From positions 2,272,001-2,336,000 of the forward strand of contig OY970320.1 of NCBI GenBank assembly GCA_963716745.1: 64,000 bases of DNA, written 5' to 3'. The notes under the pieces were generated by a model, which saw only the letters and a program-made list of their open reading frames with translations, did not search any database and was not told where the DNA came from. The DNA is from an uncultured Gemmatimonadaceae bacterium (lineage in GTDB: Bacteria > Gemmatimonadota > Gemmatimonadetes > Gemmatimonadales > Gemmatimonadaceae). A program made the translations under genes and the position numbers. Shown here piece after piece: positions 52,448 through 62,998 of the stretch; within the stretch, counting starts at the first letter, position 1, and each line of letters begins with the position of its first letter.

Positions 52448-52822
52448 TCCGAGCAGCGTGTGTATGTAGGAATGATTAGAACGGCCCCGGCAATCGCATG
52501 CGCGGGGCCGTTGTCGCTTCCGGACGTCTGGCGGCGAGCAGTGGCTCGGTCGGAACGACTGAATATCTCGTCAAACACGCGTCAGACTATCGGAGCCTGC
52601 CTCCGTTGCAGCGCTCTAATCCGGCCGGTGACGAGTCGGTGACGCCTATGTCGTATCGATTTTCCACATTAAGGACCGAATAATTGCGAGAGCGCGGTCA
52701 TAGGTGAACCTACTCTAATAGTAGGACCTTTCGCGCCGTTGCTCCGGTAGCTATTGTGCGCCCCCACGGAGAGAGGTTAGTCCCGAAGCGAATGTGCAAG
52801 TTGCGAGTCGCTGTGCATCACA

Positions 52823-53881
52823 ATGGGAGGAAAGATGCTGAAGCCTCAGGGACATTTCGACGAAGGGCCTGAGCCGAGCATGAGAAGATCCCACGACGAC
52901 CCGCGCCCGTGCACTCGTGCGCGCGAGACATTCGACTGCGATGATCCCGTTTGCCTCAGTGAGGCATTTCGCGGCGTACTCGACGAACTGCGCCGTTACG
53001 CGCGGATCCCTAGCGTCGCGATCCTCCTGCAAGGAGAATCCGGCACGGGCAAGACGATGCTCGCCGAATATGTCCATAAACACTCGCCGCGCGCCGCGAA
53101 GCCATTCGTCGTGGTCGATCTTGCCGCGATCCCCAATGCGCTGATCTCCTCAGAACTGCTCGGCCACGTGCGCGGCGCCTTCACGGGCGCCAGCGGGAAT
53201 CGCACGGGGCGATTCGCCGAAGCGAGCGGCGGCACACTCTTCTTCGACGAAGTGGGCAAAGCGAGCCTGGACGCGCAGAAGTATCTCCTGCGCGGCGTGG
53301 ACGAGCAGCGGATAACGCCGGTCGGATCGAATCGCGAACTCAAAGTGGATGTGCGCTTCGTATCCGCGACTATAAACGCGTTGCCGGATCTCGTGAAACG
53401 CGGAGCGTTCCTGGCCGATCTCGTGCCGCGCCTCGCGCGTCACACGGTGGTGATTCCACCGCTTCGTCAGCACCGCCGCGACATTCCGCTGCTGGTCGAA
53501 CGGTTCATCGCCCGCCTCGCCGACGAGATCGAATACAAGGCGCTCCCATCGGTGGCACCCGATCTCATGGCGGCACTGGTGCGCGCACCGTGGCCCGACA
53601 ATGTCCGCGAGCTCGCGACAGCAGTGCAGGGCCTCATGATCGAGGGCTATCCTTCGCCCGTGTTGGAGTTGAAGCATCTCCCTCGCGAGTTCAAGCATTT
53701 GTGCGCGAGAGTGAACGGGCGGTGCCCGACGCTGGAAGAGCTCCAGTCTGCCACGAGCGAGACTAAGACCAAGGCCGAAGCCGCCGCACTTCTCGGAAAG
53801 AGCCGTGCAACGCTCTATCGCTGGAAGAAGAAGCTCGAACAAGACCAAGTGCAGGATCGGACCGAGCCTCGCGCCGGCTGA
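52823..53881 (+). CDS. Sigma54 enhancer-binding protein lacking a recognisable sensory domain
   Basis: GESGTGKT, ELLGHVRGAFTGA, FFDEV, WPDNVREL, Fis-type HTH AALLGKSRATLYR. Confidence 0.9.
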   Translation: MGGKMLKPQGHFDEGPEPSMRRSHDDPRPCTRARETFDCDDPVCLSEAFRGVLDELRRYARIPSVAILLQGESGTGKTMLAEYVHKHSPRAAKPFVVVDLAAIPNALISSELLGHVRGAFTGASGNRTGRFAEASGGTLFFDEVGKASLDAQKYLLRGVDEQRITPVGSNRELKVDVRFVSATINALPDLVKRGAFLADLVPRLARHTVVIPPLRQHRRDIPLLVERFIARLADEIEYKALPSVAPDLMAALVRAPWPDNVRELATAVQGLMIEGYPSPVLELKHLPREFKHLCARVNGRCPTLEELQSATSETKTKAEAAALLGKSRATLYRWKKKLEQDQVQDRTEPRAG

Positions 53882-53897
53882 AGAAGTCTTCGCGCGC

Positions 53898-53923
53898 GCC
53901 GAGACAGTGTGAGACGTCTCGGC
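53898..53923. promoter_or_regulatory. Candidate upstream activator sequence
   Basis: GCCGAGAC-AGTGT-GAGAC-GTCTCGGC direct plus inverted repeat ~110-135 bp before the predicted TSS. Confidence 0.5.
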
Positions 53924-54005
53924 GAGGCGCGATCTCCGCACACCGGCGCCGGTAGGAATGCCTAAAGCGTAGTCGTCGAGCGCGTTACGCGACGCGCGCT
54001 ACTCC

Positions 54006-54021
54006 TGGCCCGAGTCATGCA
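54006..54021 (+). promoter_or_regulatory. Sigma54 -24/-12 promoter
   Basis: TGGCCCG-AGTC-ATGCA, GG-N10-GC, between the bEBP gene and gspE. Confidence 0.7.
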
Positions 54022-54033
54022 ATAGCTCCGTGC

Positions 54034-55509
54034 ATGACCGCGCCGCACGCTCCCGCGTTCGCACTCGCCGAAGGCATCTCGCGCGAGTATCTCCTCCACC
54101 ATCGCGTGTGTCCTCGCGCCATCGGCGAGAGCGGCGCGGTGATCGTGAGCGTCGCGCCCGGCGCACGCCTTGATGCGCTCGACGACATCGCGCTCGCCTA
54201 CCGCCGCACGGTGACGACAGAGGATGCGACGGCCGACGAGATCGACCGCCTCATCGAGCGCCTCACCAATCGCGCCGAGCGCGAGATCGAGCTCGCGCGC
54301 GCCGACGCCGGCGGCGACGAGGATCTCTCGACCGATGTGCGCGATCTCGCGAATCAGCCGCCGGTGGTGCGCTATGTGAATCTGCTCGTGCGCGATGCGT
54401 ACGACGCGGGCGCGAGCGATATCCATCTCGAGGCGACGCGCTCCGGCCTCGCGGCGCGGTTCCGGCTGGACGGCGTTCTTTCCGCCGCGCCCGAACCGCC
54501 GCGCGAGATGCATCATGCCGTTGTCTCGCGCATCAAGCTCCTCGCTGAGATCGACATCGCGGAGCGGCGCCGTCCGCAGGACGGCCGCATTCGCGTGCGC
54601 ATGGAGGAGCGCGAGCTGGACCTTCGCGTCTCCACCGTGCCCACGATGTACGGCGAGAGCGTCGTGCTCCGTTTGCTCGACCGCGGCGGGCGCCCGGTGG
54701 GGCTCGCGGAACTCGGGATGGATCCCGCGACGCTCGAGAGCATGACCACGCTCGCGAACAAGCCGCACGGCATGCTGCTCGTGACCGGCCCGACGGGTTC
54801 CGGTAAGACCACGACGCTCTACGCCGCGCTCATGCGCCGGCTCACGCACGCCGAGAAGATCATAACTGTCGAGGACCCGATCGAGTATCAACTCGACGGT
54901 GTGACGCAGGTGCCCGTGCACCGCCAAGCCGGCGTCACCTTCGGCTCCGCACTGCGCTCGATCCTGCGCCAGGATCCCGACGTCATCATGGTAGGCGAGA
55001 TGCGCGATCCTGAGACGGCGGAGATCGCGATCCAGGCGGCGATGACGGGGCATCTCGTCTTCTCCACGCTGCATACGAACAATGCGATCGCCACGATCCC
55101 GCGATTGCTCGACCTTGGCGTGCCCGACTATCTCGTTGGCGCGACACTCGAGGCCGTGCTCGCTCAGCGGCTCGTGCGGCGCATCTGCGAGGCGTGCCGC
55201 GTGGACTATCGGCCCAGCCCCGAGAGCGTGTCGCAGATCTCCGGGCGTCCGGTGGGAAAGGTGAAATTGACGAAAGGCGCTGGCTGCGCGCGCTGCGGCA
55301 ACACCGGCTTCCGAGGGCGCGTCGGCCTGTTCGAACTGCTGGTGCTCGACGATCAGCTCAAGGACGCGATCGTGCGCGGCGTCACGCGCATCGAATTGCG
55401 CACAATGGCTGAAGAGCACGGCATGCGGCCGCTTCGCGTGGATGGCTGGAGCAAGGTCGAAGCGGGGCTCACTACGGTAGAGGAGGTGCTGCGTGTCGTT
55501 CAACAATGA
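54034..55509 (+). CDS. gspE: Type II secretion ATPase GspE
   Basis: ASDIH, DIAERRRPQDG, GPTGSGKTTT, LRQDPD, tetra-Cys motif. Confidence 0.95.
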   Translation: MTAPHAPAFALAEGISREYLLHHRVCPRAIGESGAVIVSVAPGARLDALDDIALAYRRTVTTEDATADEIDRLIERLTNRAEREIELARADAGGDEDLSTDVRDLANQPPVVRYVNLLVRDAYDAGASDIHLEATRSGLAARFRLDGVLSAAPEPPREMHHAVVSRIKLLAEIDIAERRRPQDGRIRVRMEERELDLRVSTVPTMYGESVVLRLLDRGGRPVGLAELGMDPATLESMTTLANKPHGMLLVTGPTGSGKTTTLYAALMRRLTHAEKIITVEDPIEYQLDGVTQVPVHRQAGVTFGSALRSILRQDPDVIMVGEMRDPETAEIAIQAAMTGHLVFSTLHTNNAIATIPRLLDLGVPDYLVGATLEAVLAQRLVRRICEACRVDYRPSPESVSQISGRPVGKVKLTKGAGCARCGNTGFRGRVGLFELLVLDDQLKDAIVRGVTRIELRTMAEEHGMRPLRVDGWSKVEAGLTTVEEVLRVVQQ

Positions 55510-55960
55510 CGGCGGGCGGCGCCCGCGCCGCGGGGGCTTCACGCTCATCGAGCTGCTCGTGGTGATCGCGATCATCGCGACGCTCGCGGCCGTGGTCGCG
55601 CCGCAGATCTTCCGGAACGTGGGCGACGCTAAGGCGAGTGCGGCCAAGAGTCAGATCGAGATCTTCGCGCTCGCGCTCGATTCATACCGGCTCGACAACG
55701 ACAATTATCCCACGTCGGACCAGGGGTTGGGCGCATTGCGCACGGCGCCGACAACAGGCGAACTGCCGCGGAATTGGCGCGGACCGTACCTGCGGAAAAC
55801 AGTGCCGCTGGACCCATGGGGGCGGCCGTACGTGTTCGTGTCGCCCGGGCATGAGAACCCCGGATCGTACGATCTCTACTCGCTGGGCCGCGACGGCAAG
55901 GCGGGCGGCGAGGGCGAAGACGCCGACATCACTTCGTGGGGCGGCGCGGTGAAGCCATGA
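55493..55960 (+). CDS. gspG: Major pseudopilin GspG
   Basis: GFTLIELLVV, YPT..QGL.AL, WRGPYL, DPWG, S.G.DG..GGEGEDADI. Confidence 0.95.
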   Translation: MSFNNDGGRRPRRGGFTLIELLVVIAIIATLAAVVAPQIFRNVGDAKASAAKSQIEIFALALDSYRLDNDNYPTSDQGLGALRTAPTTGELPRNWRGPYLRKTVPLDPWGRPYVFVSPGHENPGSYDLYSLGRDGKAGGEGEDADITSWGGAVKP

Positions 55961-57159
55961 GCCCCGCGATCGCCGGCACCGCGTACAACTACCGCGCGGC
56001 GCGTCTCGACGGCGCGCTCGAGAGCGGCGTGCTCGACGCCGAGTCGCGCGCTGCGGCGTCGGCGGCGCTCACCGAACGCGGGCTCTTCCCGATCGAGATC
56101 TCCATCGCCCGCGAGCACGCGAGCGAACGCGTCGCGCTCCCGGTGGCGGATCTCGCCGTGGGACTGCGCGTGCTCGCGACGCTCATTGAGAGCGGTCTCT
56201 CCATGTCGCGCGTGCTCGCGACATTCGCCGAGCTGGCGCCGGCGTCGTGGGAGAAGCTCACGCCGTCGCTCGCCGAGGCGGTGCGGTCGGGCAGCAGTCT
56301 GGGCGCGGCGCTCGCCGCGGCGCCGGTGGAGATCCCGCCCGTGGTGGTGGGTATCATCCAAGCTGGCGAAGGTGGAAGCGGGATCGCCACGGCGGTTCGT
56401 CGCGCCGCCGAACTCACCGAGAGCACCGCCGCGCGGCGAGCGGCCATTCGCGCCGCGCTCGCGTATCCCGTGATCCTCGCGGTGGCCGGCACCGCATCGG
56501 TTGCGCTGCTCGTGGGCGTCGTGCTCCCGCGCTTCTCCGCGATCCTCGCCGATCTCGGACAAGCGCTCCCTCCAGCAACGCGGCTCGTGCTCTCGCTGTC
56601 TGAGTTCGTTCGCGCCGCGGCGTTCCCGGGACTCATTGCGCTCATCGCTGTCGCGCTCGCATGGCGTGCATGGGTGCGCACGGACGCCGGCGCGCGGCGA
56701 TGGAACGAGCTGCTTCTCGGAATTCCCCTGGTGGGCGCGATCCGGCTCTCCGCCGCGAGCGCCCGCGTTTGCGCCGCGCTCGCGTCGCTGCTCGAGAGTG
56801 GCGTGTCGGTGTCCGGTGCCATGCTGCATGCCGCGCGCGCTGCCGGCGATGCGGAGATCGCGGTGCGCGTTCGCGCGTCGCGCGAGTCCGTGGTCGCGGG
56901 GCAGGGCATGGCGCGCGCACTTGGCGCCACGACCGCCGTCACCGGCACCGCGGTGCGCCTCATCCGCGCGGGCGAAGAGACCGGCCAATTGCCCGCGATG
57001 CTCTGGCACGCCGCCAAACTCGAAGGCGAGTTGGCAGAGCGCCGGCTGCGCGACATCGTGCGCCTGCTCGAACCCGCGCTGATCGTGATCTTCGGCGGCA
57101 TGGTCGCACTTGTCGCGGCGGCCCTCCTGCAGGCGATCTACTCGGTGCGCGCCACATGA
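55957..57159 (+). CDS. gspF: Type II secretion platform protein GspF
   Basis: LIESG, AGE.G, ALAYP, AGEETGQL, LLEPALI. Confidence 0.92.
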   Translation: MSPAIAGTAYNYRAARLDGALESGVLDAESRAAASAALTERGLFPIEISIAREHASERVALPVADLAVGLRVLATLIESGLSMSRVLATFAELAPASWEKLTPSLAEAVRSGSSLGAALAAAPVEIPPVVVGIIQAGEGGSGIATAVRRAAELTESTAARRAAIRAALAYPVILAVAGTASVALLVGVVLPRFSAILADLGQALPPATRLVLSLSEFVRAAAFPGLIALIAVALAWRAWVRTDAGARRWNELLLGIPLVGAIRLSAASARVCAALASLLESGVSVSGAMLHAARAAGDAEIAVRVRASRESVVAGQGMARALGATTAVTGTAVRLIRAGEETGQLPAMLWHAAKLEGELAERRLRDIVRLLEPALIVIFGGMVALVAAALLQAIYSVRAT

Positions 57160-57464
57160 TACCGCGCGCCGGAGTGACGCTCGTGGAACTCATCGTCGTG
57201 ATCGCGATGCTCGGCGTGATCGCCGGCGTCACCGGCGTCGCGTTCACGCGCGCGCGCCCGGTGAGGAGCATCGATGCGAACGCCGCGATAGTCGCGGCGG
57301 CGCGGGATTCAGCGCTCAGAACTGGGCGTGCGGTGACACTGCAGGTCTCGGCGCTCGGCGCCCGGCGTTCGGCGGAATTCACGGCGTATCCGGACGGTCG
57401 TGTGATCGCCGACTCATCGCTCGGCATCGACGAGCTTACCGGGAGGCCCGCCCATGCTCCATAA
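57156..57464 (+). CDS. Minor pseudopilin (GspH-like, short)
   Basis: Prepilin motif GVTLVELIVV. Confidence 0.75.
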   Translation: MIPRAGVTLVELIVVIAMLGVIAGVTGVAFTRARPVRSIDANAAIVAAARDSALRTGRAVTLQVSALGARRSAEFTAYPDGRVIADSSLGIDELTGRPAHAP

Positions 57465-57846
57465 CCGCCGACAGCCGACAGCCGACAGCCCGGTTCACCG
57501 CCGTTCGGGTGCGGTCTTACTGGAAGCCATGATCGCCCTCGTGATCCTCGCGAGCGCCGGCATCGTCGTGGTGTCCCTCGTCGCGGAATCGGCGCGCGCC
57601 GTGGAGCGCGTGCACGAATCCGAGAGCGAGATGCGCGCCGCGAACGCGTTCTTCAATGCCGTGGCGCTCTGGTCGCGCGACGGATCTCGACCGCCACCTG
57701 GGTGACCGGCACAGGGACACTGGATCATGCGCGTGGACCGCCCCGGCGCGACGCTGTATGTGGTGACGCTCAGCGACTCCATCACGCGCGCGACCGTGCT
57801 CAGCACATCGCTCTACCGGCCGGAGCTGCAGCATGCCGCGCCGTAG
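57454..57846 (+). CDS. Minor pseudopilin (GspI-like); frameshift(s) near 57680-57715
   Basis: GAVLLEAMIALVIL; gene order. Confidence 0.7.
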
Positions 57847-58364
57847 CGGGTTCACGATCATCGAGGTCATGGTGGCGCTCGTGGTGAGCGGCATCGTGCT
57901 CGTGGGCGCGCGGTCGATCCTGGAGACCGTGGCCGATCGTGCGGGCAGCATCACGCGCGCGGCGAGCGTGGCGGACCGCGATGCGAACGGCGAGAGAATG
58001 CTCCGCGCCCTCGTGGACCGGCTGGAAGTGGGCACCGGCCCGGGCACCGAGTTCGGCGGGGATCCGACATCCACGGCGTTCGCATCGTGGTGCGAGGTAG
58101 CCGGCGGATGGCAGGAGCGGTGCACCGTGAACATCGAGCTGGTGCGCGACAGCTCGGCTGTCGATCTCGTGTCTGCGCACATCGCTCGGCGATCGCATCG
58201 TGCTGCGCCACGGGCTCAAGAACGGTGCGATCCGCTACCTGAGCACGCCGGACGGCGGAGGAACGTGGATCAGGGTATGGGGCGCCGGGATCACCGCGCC
58301 TGTGGCGATCGGCGTCTTCCTCGAACGCGACACGCTCTATCTGCGCGTGGGAGAGCGCGGATGA
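57833..58364 (+). CDS. Minor pseudopilin (GspJ-like); frameshift near 58180
   Basis: GFTIIEVMVALVV. Confidence 0.75.
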
Positions 58365-59267
58365 GCGCGCGCCCGCGTCGCGGCTTCGCACTGCTGGCGG
58401 TGCTCTGGGTGATCGCCGGCCTCGCCGCGCTCGCGCTTGGCGTGTCGCTCGCCGCGCGAGAGGCGGTGGCGTCCGCGCACAACCGGAACGATCTCGTGCG
58501 CGCGCAGTGGCGCGCGGAGGAATGTGTCGAGCAGGCGCGTGCGATCATCGCGGCCGCGATGGCCGGCGGTGAATGGCGGCGGCTGGACAAAGTCGTTGCC
58601 GCGGCCACGCATGCGCATTCGGATTGCGAAGTGATCATGCGCGCGGCCGGCACGCGCCTCGATGTGAACACGATCGATGCCGATGCGCTGGGCGTGTTGC
58701 TTGGCCGCCTGGGAGTTCCGGTTCACGAGCGCGATTCGCTCACCGATGCACTGCTCGATTGGCGCGATCGCGACGACGATCCGCGGCCCAACGGCGCCGA
58801 GAGAGGCTGGTACCTGTCGCGCGGCCTGCCGGTGCCCCGCAACGGTCCGCTCGCCGACGTGCGCGAGCTGAGGCGGGTCCGCGGATTCGACCGCGTGCAC
58901 GGCCTCGACAGCTTGCTCGGCACCGAGAACGAACGGATCGCGCTCGAGCATGCGCCGCTCGCGGTGTTGGCGGCGCTGCCGGGATTCTCGCCCGAAGCCG
59001 TGAGCCGTGTGGCTGAGCTTCGCGCGCGCGGCGAGAGCATCGGCGATCTCATCGTGTTCGCGGGTGGACTCTCACCGAATGCGAAGGATGCGTTGCTGGC
59101 GCGCTACTCCGACCTCGCCGCGCGTACCACTGTGGACCCCGATGCGTTCACCGCTGATCTCGATCGCCACCGTCGGCTCGCCGGCGGTGCGCGCGGCGAT
59201 CGAGATTCGCCTCGTTCGGTCCGGCGCGCGCGCCGCGATCGTTCGGCGGCGCACGTGGGTGCTATGA
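58361..59267 (+). CDS. gspK: Pseudopilin GspK; frameshift near 59150
   Basis: GFALLAVLWV, LDVN, DALLDWRDRD, GAE..Y, ELRRVRG. Confidence 0.85.
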
Positions 59268-60448
59268 GCGCGTCGATAGGTCTCGCAGTGGCGAGCGATG
59301 AGTTGCGCGCGGTGCTGGTGCGCGACGGCACTGTGCTGTGGGCCGGGCGCAGTGGCCGCACGGCCGACGCGCCGTTGCCGGATCAAGTCCGCGATCTGCT
59401 CGCGCAGGCGCCTGCCCGCCGCTGGATGCGTCCCCGCGTGACCGGCGCCGTGGGCGCGAGCGCATCGCAGGTGAAACGTATCGAAGGGCTACCGCCAGTG
59501 AGCGATGCGGCCGCGCTCGCGCTCATCGTGCGCGAGGGTGCGGGCCGGTTCTTCATGCGGAACGGCATCCCGCTCGAGACGAGCGGCGTTCGCCCGGTCG
59601 AAGCCGGCGCCGCGTGGGCAGCGGCGTTCGAGCGGCCGATCATCGCGCAGATCGAGGCCGGAAGCCGCGCGGCCGGTCTGCGCGTCCGCGCGATCGTGCC
59701 GGCCGTGGTCGCGCTCGCACGCGCCAACGCGGACGCGCACGCGCAATGGGACGACGGCGATTGCCGCATCGAATTCACCGTGAGTGCTGGCGAACTTCGA
59801 TCGGTTCGCCGGATCGTGGCCGGCAACGTGCCGGAGCTGCCGTCCGTTCCCGCCGCTCTCGCATCACTCGGCGACGATGGTTGGCGATTCGCCGATGCGT
59901 ACGGCGCATCGCTCGTGCCGGACTCCGAGCCGCTCGCTATCCGCCCGCGTGGCGCGATCCACGCCGAGATCTCGCGCAGGCGGCTCACTATCGCCGCGGC
60001 CGCATGTGTGCTCGCGGCGTTCCTCGCGGCGGCGGCGCCCGGCATCGGCGCGGCGATCGATCGTGCGCGCGCCGAACGCGAGTTCGCGCAGTTGAGCCCG
60101 CACGTTCGAGCCGCGGCCGTCAGCGCGGAAGAGCTTCACCGTATGACCCGCGCGCTCGCGGAGTCCAATGCGCTCGCGGCTTCGCGCCGCTCGCCTACCG
60201 CCTTGATCGCCGCACTCGCGCTCGCACTTGGCTCCGGGTCCGCGCTCGTGACCTTGCGCGCGGACAGCGCGGGCGGGATGCTCGTGCTGCTTGCACCGCA
60301 CGCGGCCCGCGCCATCGCCGCACTCGACAGCGTGCCCGGCCTGATCGCACCCGAGATCGTGGGCCCGGTCACGCGCGAGGTGATGGGCAAGAGCGAAGTG
60401 GAACGCGTCACCGTGCGGTTCCGGCTCGTGCCCGTGGCCGCCAAGTGA
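59264..60448 (+). CDS. GspL-like assembly protein
   Basis: Position after gspK; cytoplasmic domain, one TM, periplasmic tail. Confidence 0.6.
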   Translation: MSASIGLAVASDELRAVLVRDGTVLWAGRSGRTADAPLPDQVRDLLAQAPARRWMRPRVTGAVGASASQVKRIEGLPPVSDAAALALIVREGAGRFFMRNGIPLETSGVRPVEAGAAWAAAFERPIIAQIEAGSRAAGLRVRAIVPAVVALARANADAHAQWDDGDCRIEFTVSAGELRSVRRIVAGNVPELPSVPAALASLGDDGWRFADAYGASLVPDSEPLAIRPRGAIHAEISRRRLTIAAAACVLAAFLAAAAPGIGAAIDRARAEREFAQLSPHVRAAAVSAEELHRMTRALAESNALAASRRSPTALIAALALALGSGSALVTLRADSAGGMLVLLAPHAARAIAALDSVPGLIAPEIVGPVTREVMGKSEVERVTVRFRLVPVAAK

Positions 60449-61038
60449 CGCGCCTCAAACTCGGCAAACGCGACGGCCGCGCCTTGCTGCGCGGCGCGGC
60501 GGCGATCGCGCTGGTGCTCGCGGCCACGCGCGGCATCCCCGCCTGGCTCGACTGGCAGCGCGAATCGCGCGGCGCCGACGAAGAGACGCGCAATGCGCTC
60601 GCGCGCGATCGTGCGCTCGTGATGAACGAAGCCGCCGTGCGCGAGAGCACCATCGCGCGCGGCCGACGGCTCATCGCGCTAGCGCCGTCCATCCTCAGCG
60701 GCGACTCGCCGGGGAACGCCGGCGCGACACTGGCGGGCGTGCTCTCCGGAGCGGCCGCGCTCTCCGGCGTCCGCCTGGGATCCGTGCAGCTCCGCGGCGA
60801 CTCATTGTCGCGCACGGCGTTCACTCGCATCGGCGCGCGCATGGACGCCACTGGCGACATCCGCGGCGTGATCGCGATGCTCTCGGCGATCGAGAGCGGC
60901 CCAACGCTGCTCTCCGTGCGGTCGCTGTCGATCTCGCAGCCCGATCTCACCGCCGGCGACGATCGGGTAGAGGCACTGCACGTGGAGCTCGAAGTGGAGG
61001 GCTTGATGCTCAACCCCGCGAAACGGAGCGCCCCATGA
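60445..61038 (+). CDS. GspM-like assembly protein
   Basis: N-terminal TM; GDI.G...L.AIESG..LL.V. Confidence 0.65.
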   Translation: MTRLKLGKRDGRALLRGAAAIALVLAATRGIPAWLDWQRESRGADEETRNALARDRALVMNEAAVRESTIARGRRLIALAPSILSGDSPGNAGATLAGVLSGAAALSGVRLGSVQLRGDSLSRTAFTRIGARMDATGDIRGVIAMLSAIESGPTLLSVRSLSISQPDLTAGDDRVEALHVELEVEGLMLNPAKRSAP

Positions 61039-61525
61039 ATGCGCGCCGGCTTGAGATCGCACTATGGTCGGCCACAGGGCTCCTGGTGATCGTCGCTGCG
61101 CTCCGCGCCGTCCCGCGACTCGCCGCCGCCGATCCGCGCGCCGACGATATGATCCTGCCCGCCCGGGCCAGTTGCTCAGCGCCCAGCGCCCAGCGCCGAG
61201 CGCCTTCAGTCCGCAGTCAACCACGATCCCTTCCGTCTCGAGCGACATCCATCGCCCATCGCGTACAAGCCTGAACTCGAGGGTGTCGCGGCGCCGCCAC
61301 CGCCGCCCGAAGCCACCGCGGCCGCAGCTCGTGCTCGCTGGAATACTCGGCGGCCCGCCGTGGGAGGCGCTGCTCGAGGGATTGCCCGACAAGACCGGCT
61401 CCGTGGTGGTCCACGCCGGCGATGTGTTCGGCGACTTGAAAGTGCGATCCGTGACTCGTGACAGCGTGATCATTCGCGGGGCCGATACCACGTGGCGCCT
61501 CGGCATCAAGGGGAGTTGGCAATGA
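61035..61525 (+). CDS. GspC-like/hypothetical T2SS protein; frameshifted
   Basis: N-terminal TM; Pro-rich linker; LVLAGILGG..VVHAGD..V..VTRDSVII. Confidence 0.55.
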
Positions 61526-62998
61526 GGAACTGTCGCAGAATGATGTTCGCCGTCGCCATGTCGTATCTCGTCGTGATCCCGGCGCGATCGGCCGCTCAAG
61601 CGGCGACGACAAATATCGACACTCACGGCGACAGTGTGAGCATTCGGTTCGTGGATACCGATCTGCGCGCGGCGGTGCAGTCGCTGTCGCGATATCTGGA
61701 TCGCCCCGTGGTTTTTGGCGCCGTGACCAACGCGCGCGTGACCATCGAGACCCCGGGCCCCGTGCCGAGGTGGCAGGTGCTGCAGGTGCTCAAGGGCGTG
61801 CTGTTGAGTCAGAACTTCGAGTTGGTTTCCGACTCAGGATTGTATCGCGTGCAACCACGCGCGCCTCCCGTGGCGGCGGACCCCACGCCGCACCCGGTTC
61901 ACGAGGGCGGCCCCATCGAGCTATTCACCATCCACCTGCGCCACGCGCGCGCGGCGGATGTGGCCGTCACCGTGAACGCGCTGTACGGGCGCGTCGCCGC
62001 GATCGGCGAGATCGGCGCGCCGCCGCAGATGCTGAATCAGCAACTCCGCGATGACCGCATTCCGCCGGGGCAGATCACGTCACCTGGAGCACCGCAGCCG
62101 ATCGTCGGGCGCGTAGCGGTACTCAGCGGCGAGATCACCATCGTGCCTGACGGGCGCAGCAACAGCCTGCTCATCCGCGCGACTCCCGAAGATTTCGAAC
62201 TGATTCAGGCGGCGGTGAAGGAGTTGGACATCCGCCCGCTGCAGGTGCTCATCGAGGTGCTGATCGCCGAAGTGCGCACCAACGGCAGCTTCTTCCTGGG
62301 CGTGGACGCGCAGGCCGGGCCGTTCACCACGAAGAACGGTGCGACCGTCACGACCACGCAGAACAGTAACTCGAGCGTGAACGACTTCGTGATGCAGGTG
62401 ATGCACCTGGGCGGGATCAATCTCAACGCGACCATCACCGCGGCGGCCGAGAAGGGTGACGTGCACATCCTGAGCCGCCCGGTGATCGTTGCCGCGAACA
62501 ACCAGCAGGCGCAGATCCTGGTGGGCAGTCAGCGGCCGTTCATCCAGGTGTCGCGGTCGCTGCCGACCGACGCGGCCACGCGAGATCAAGTGGTGCAGTA
62601 CAAGGACGTGGGCACGAGCCTGATCGTGCGTCCCACTATTAGTCCTGATGGGTATGTGGTGCTCGAAGTGACGCAGGAAGTGAACCTCGCGACGAGCGAG
62701 GTGGAGTTCAACGCGCCGGTGATCAGCACGCGGCAAGTGCAGACGCAGCTGCTTGATCAAGGATGGCCAGACCGTGGCGCTCGGCGGCCTGAGCGACCGG
62801 GAGAAGGACGCGACTCAGGGGGGCGTGCCGGTGCTGTCGAGCATCCCGTTCATCGGCGGACTGTTCGGGCACGTGAGCCGCACGAGCGAGCAGACCGAGC
62901 TGTTCCTGTTCCTGACGCCGCACGTGATCCGCACCGATCAGGAGGCGGACAGCATCAGCGCGCCGCTGCTGAAGAAGGCCGTGGAGGGCACGCCATGA
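61522..62998 (+). CDS. gspD: Secretin GspD (short form); frameshift near 62755
   Basis: LDIRPLQVLIEVLIAEV, ILSRP, YKDVG, DGQTVALGGL, GVPVLSSIPFIGGLF, LFLTPHVI. Confidence 0.92.

Noticed and set aside
57833..60448. 871-aa GspJ-K-L fusion ORF
   Set aside because: Artefact of two frameshifts bridging normal ATGA-overlapped genes; separate starts at 58361 and 59264 are evident.
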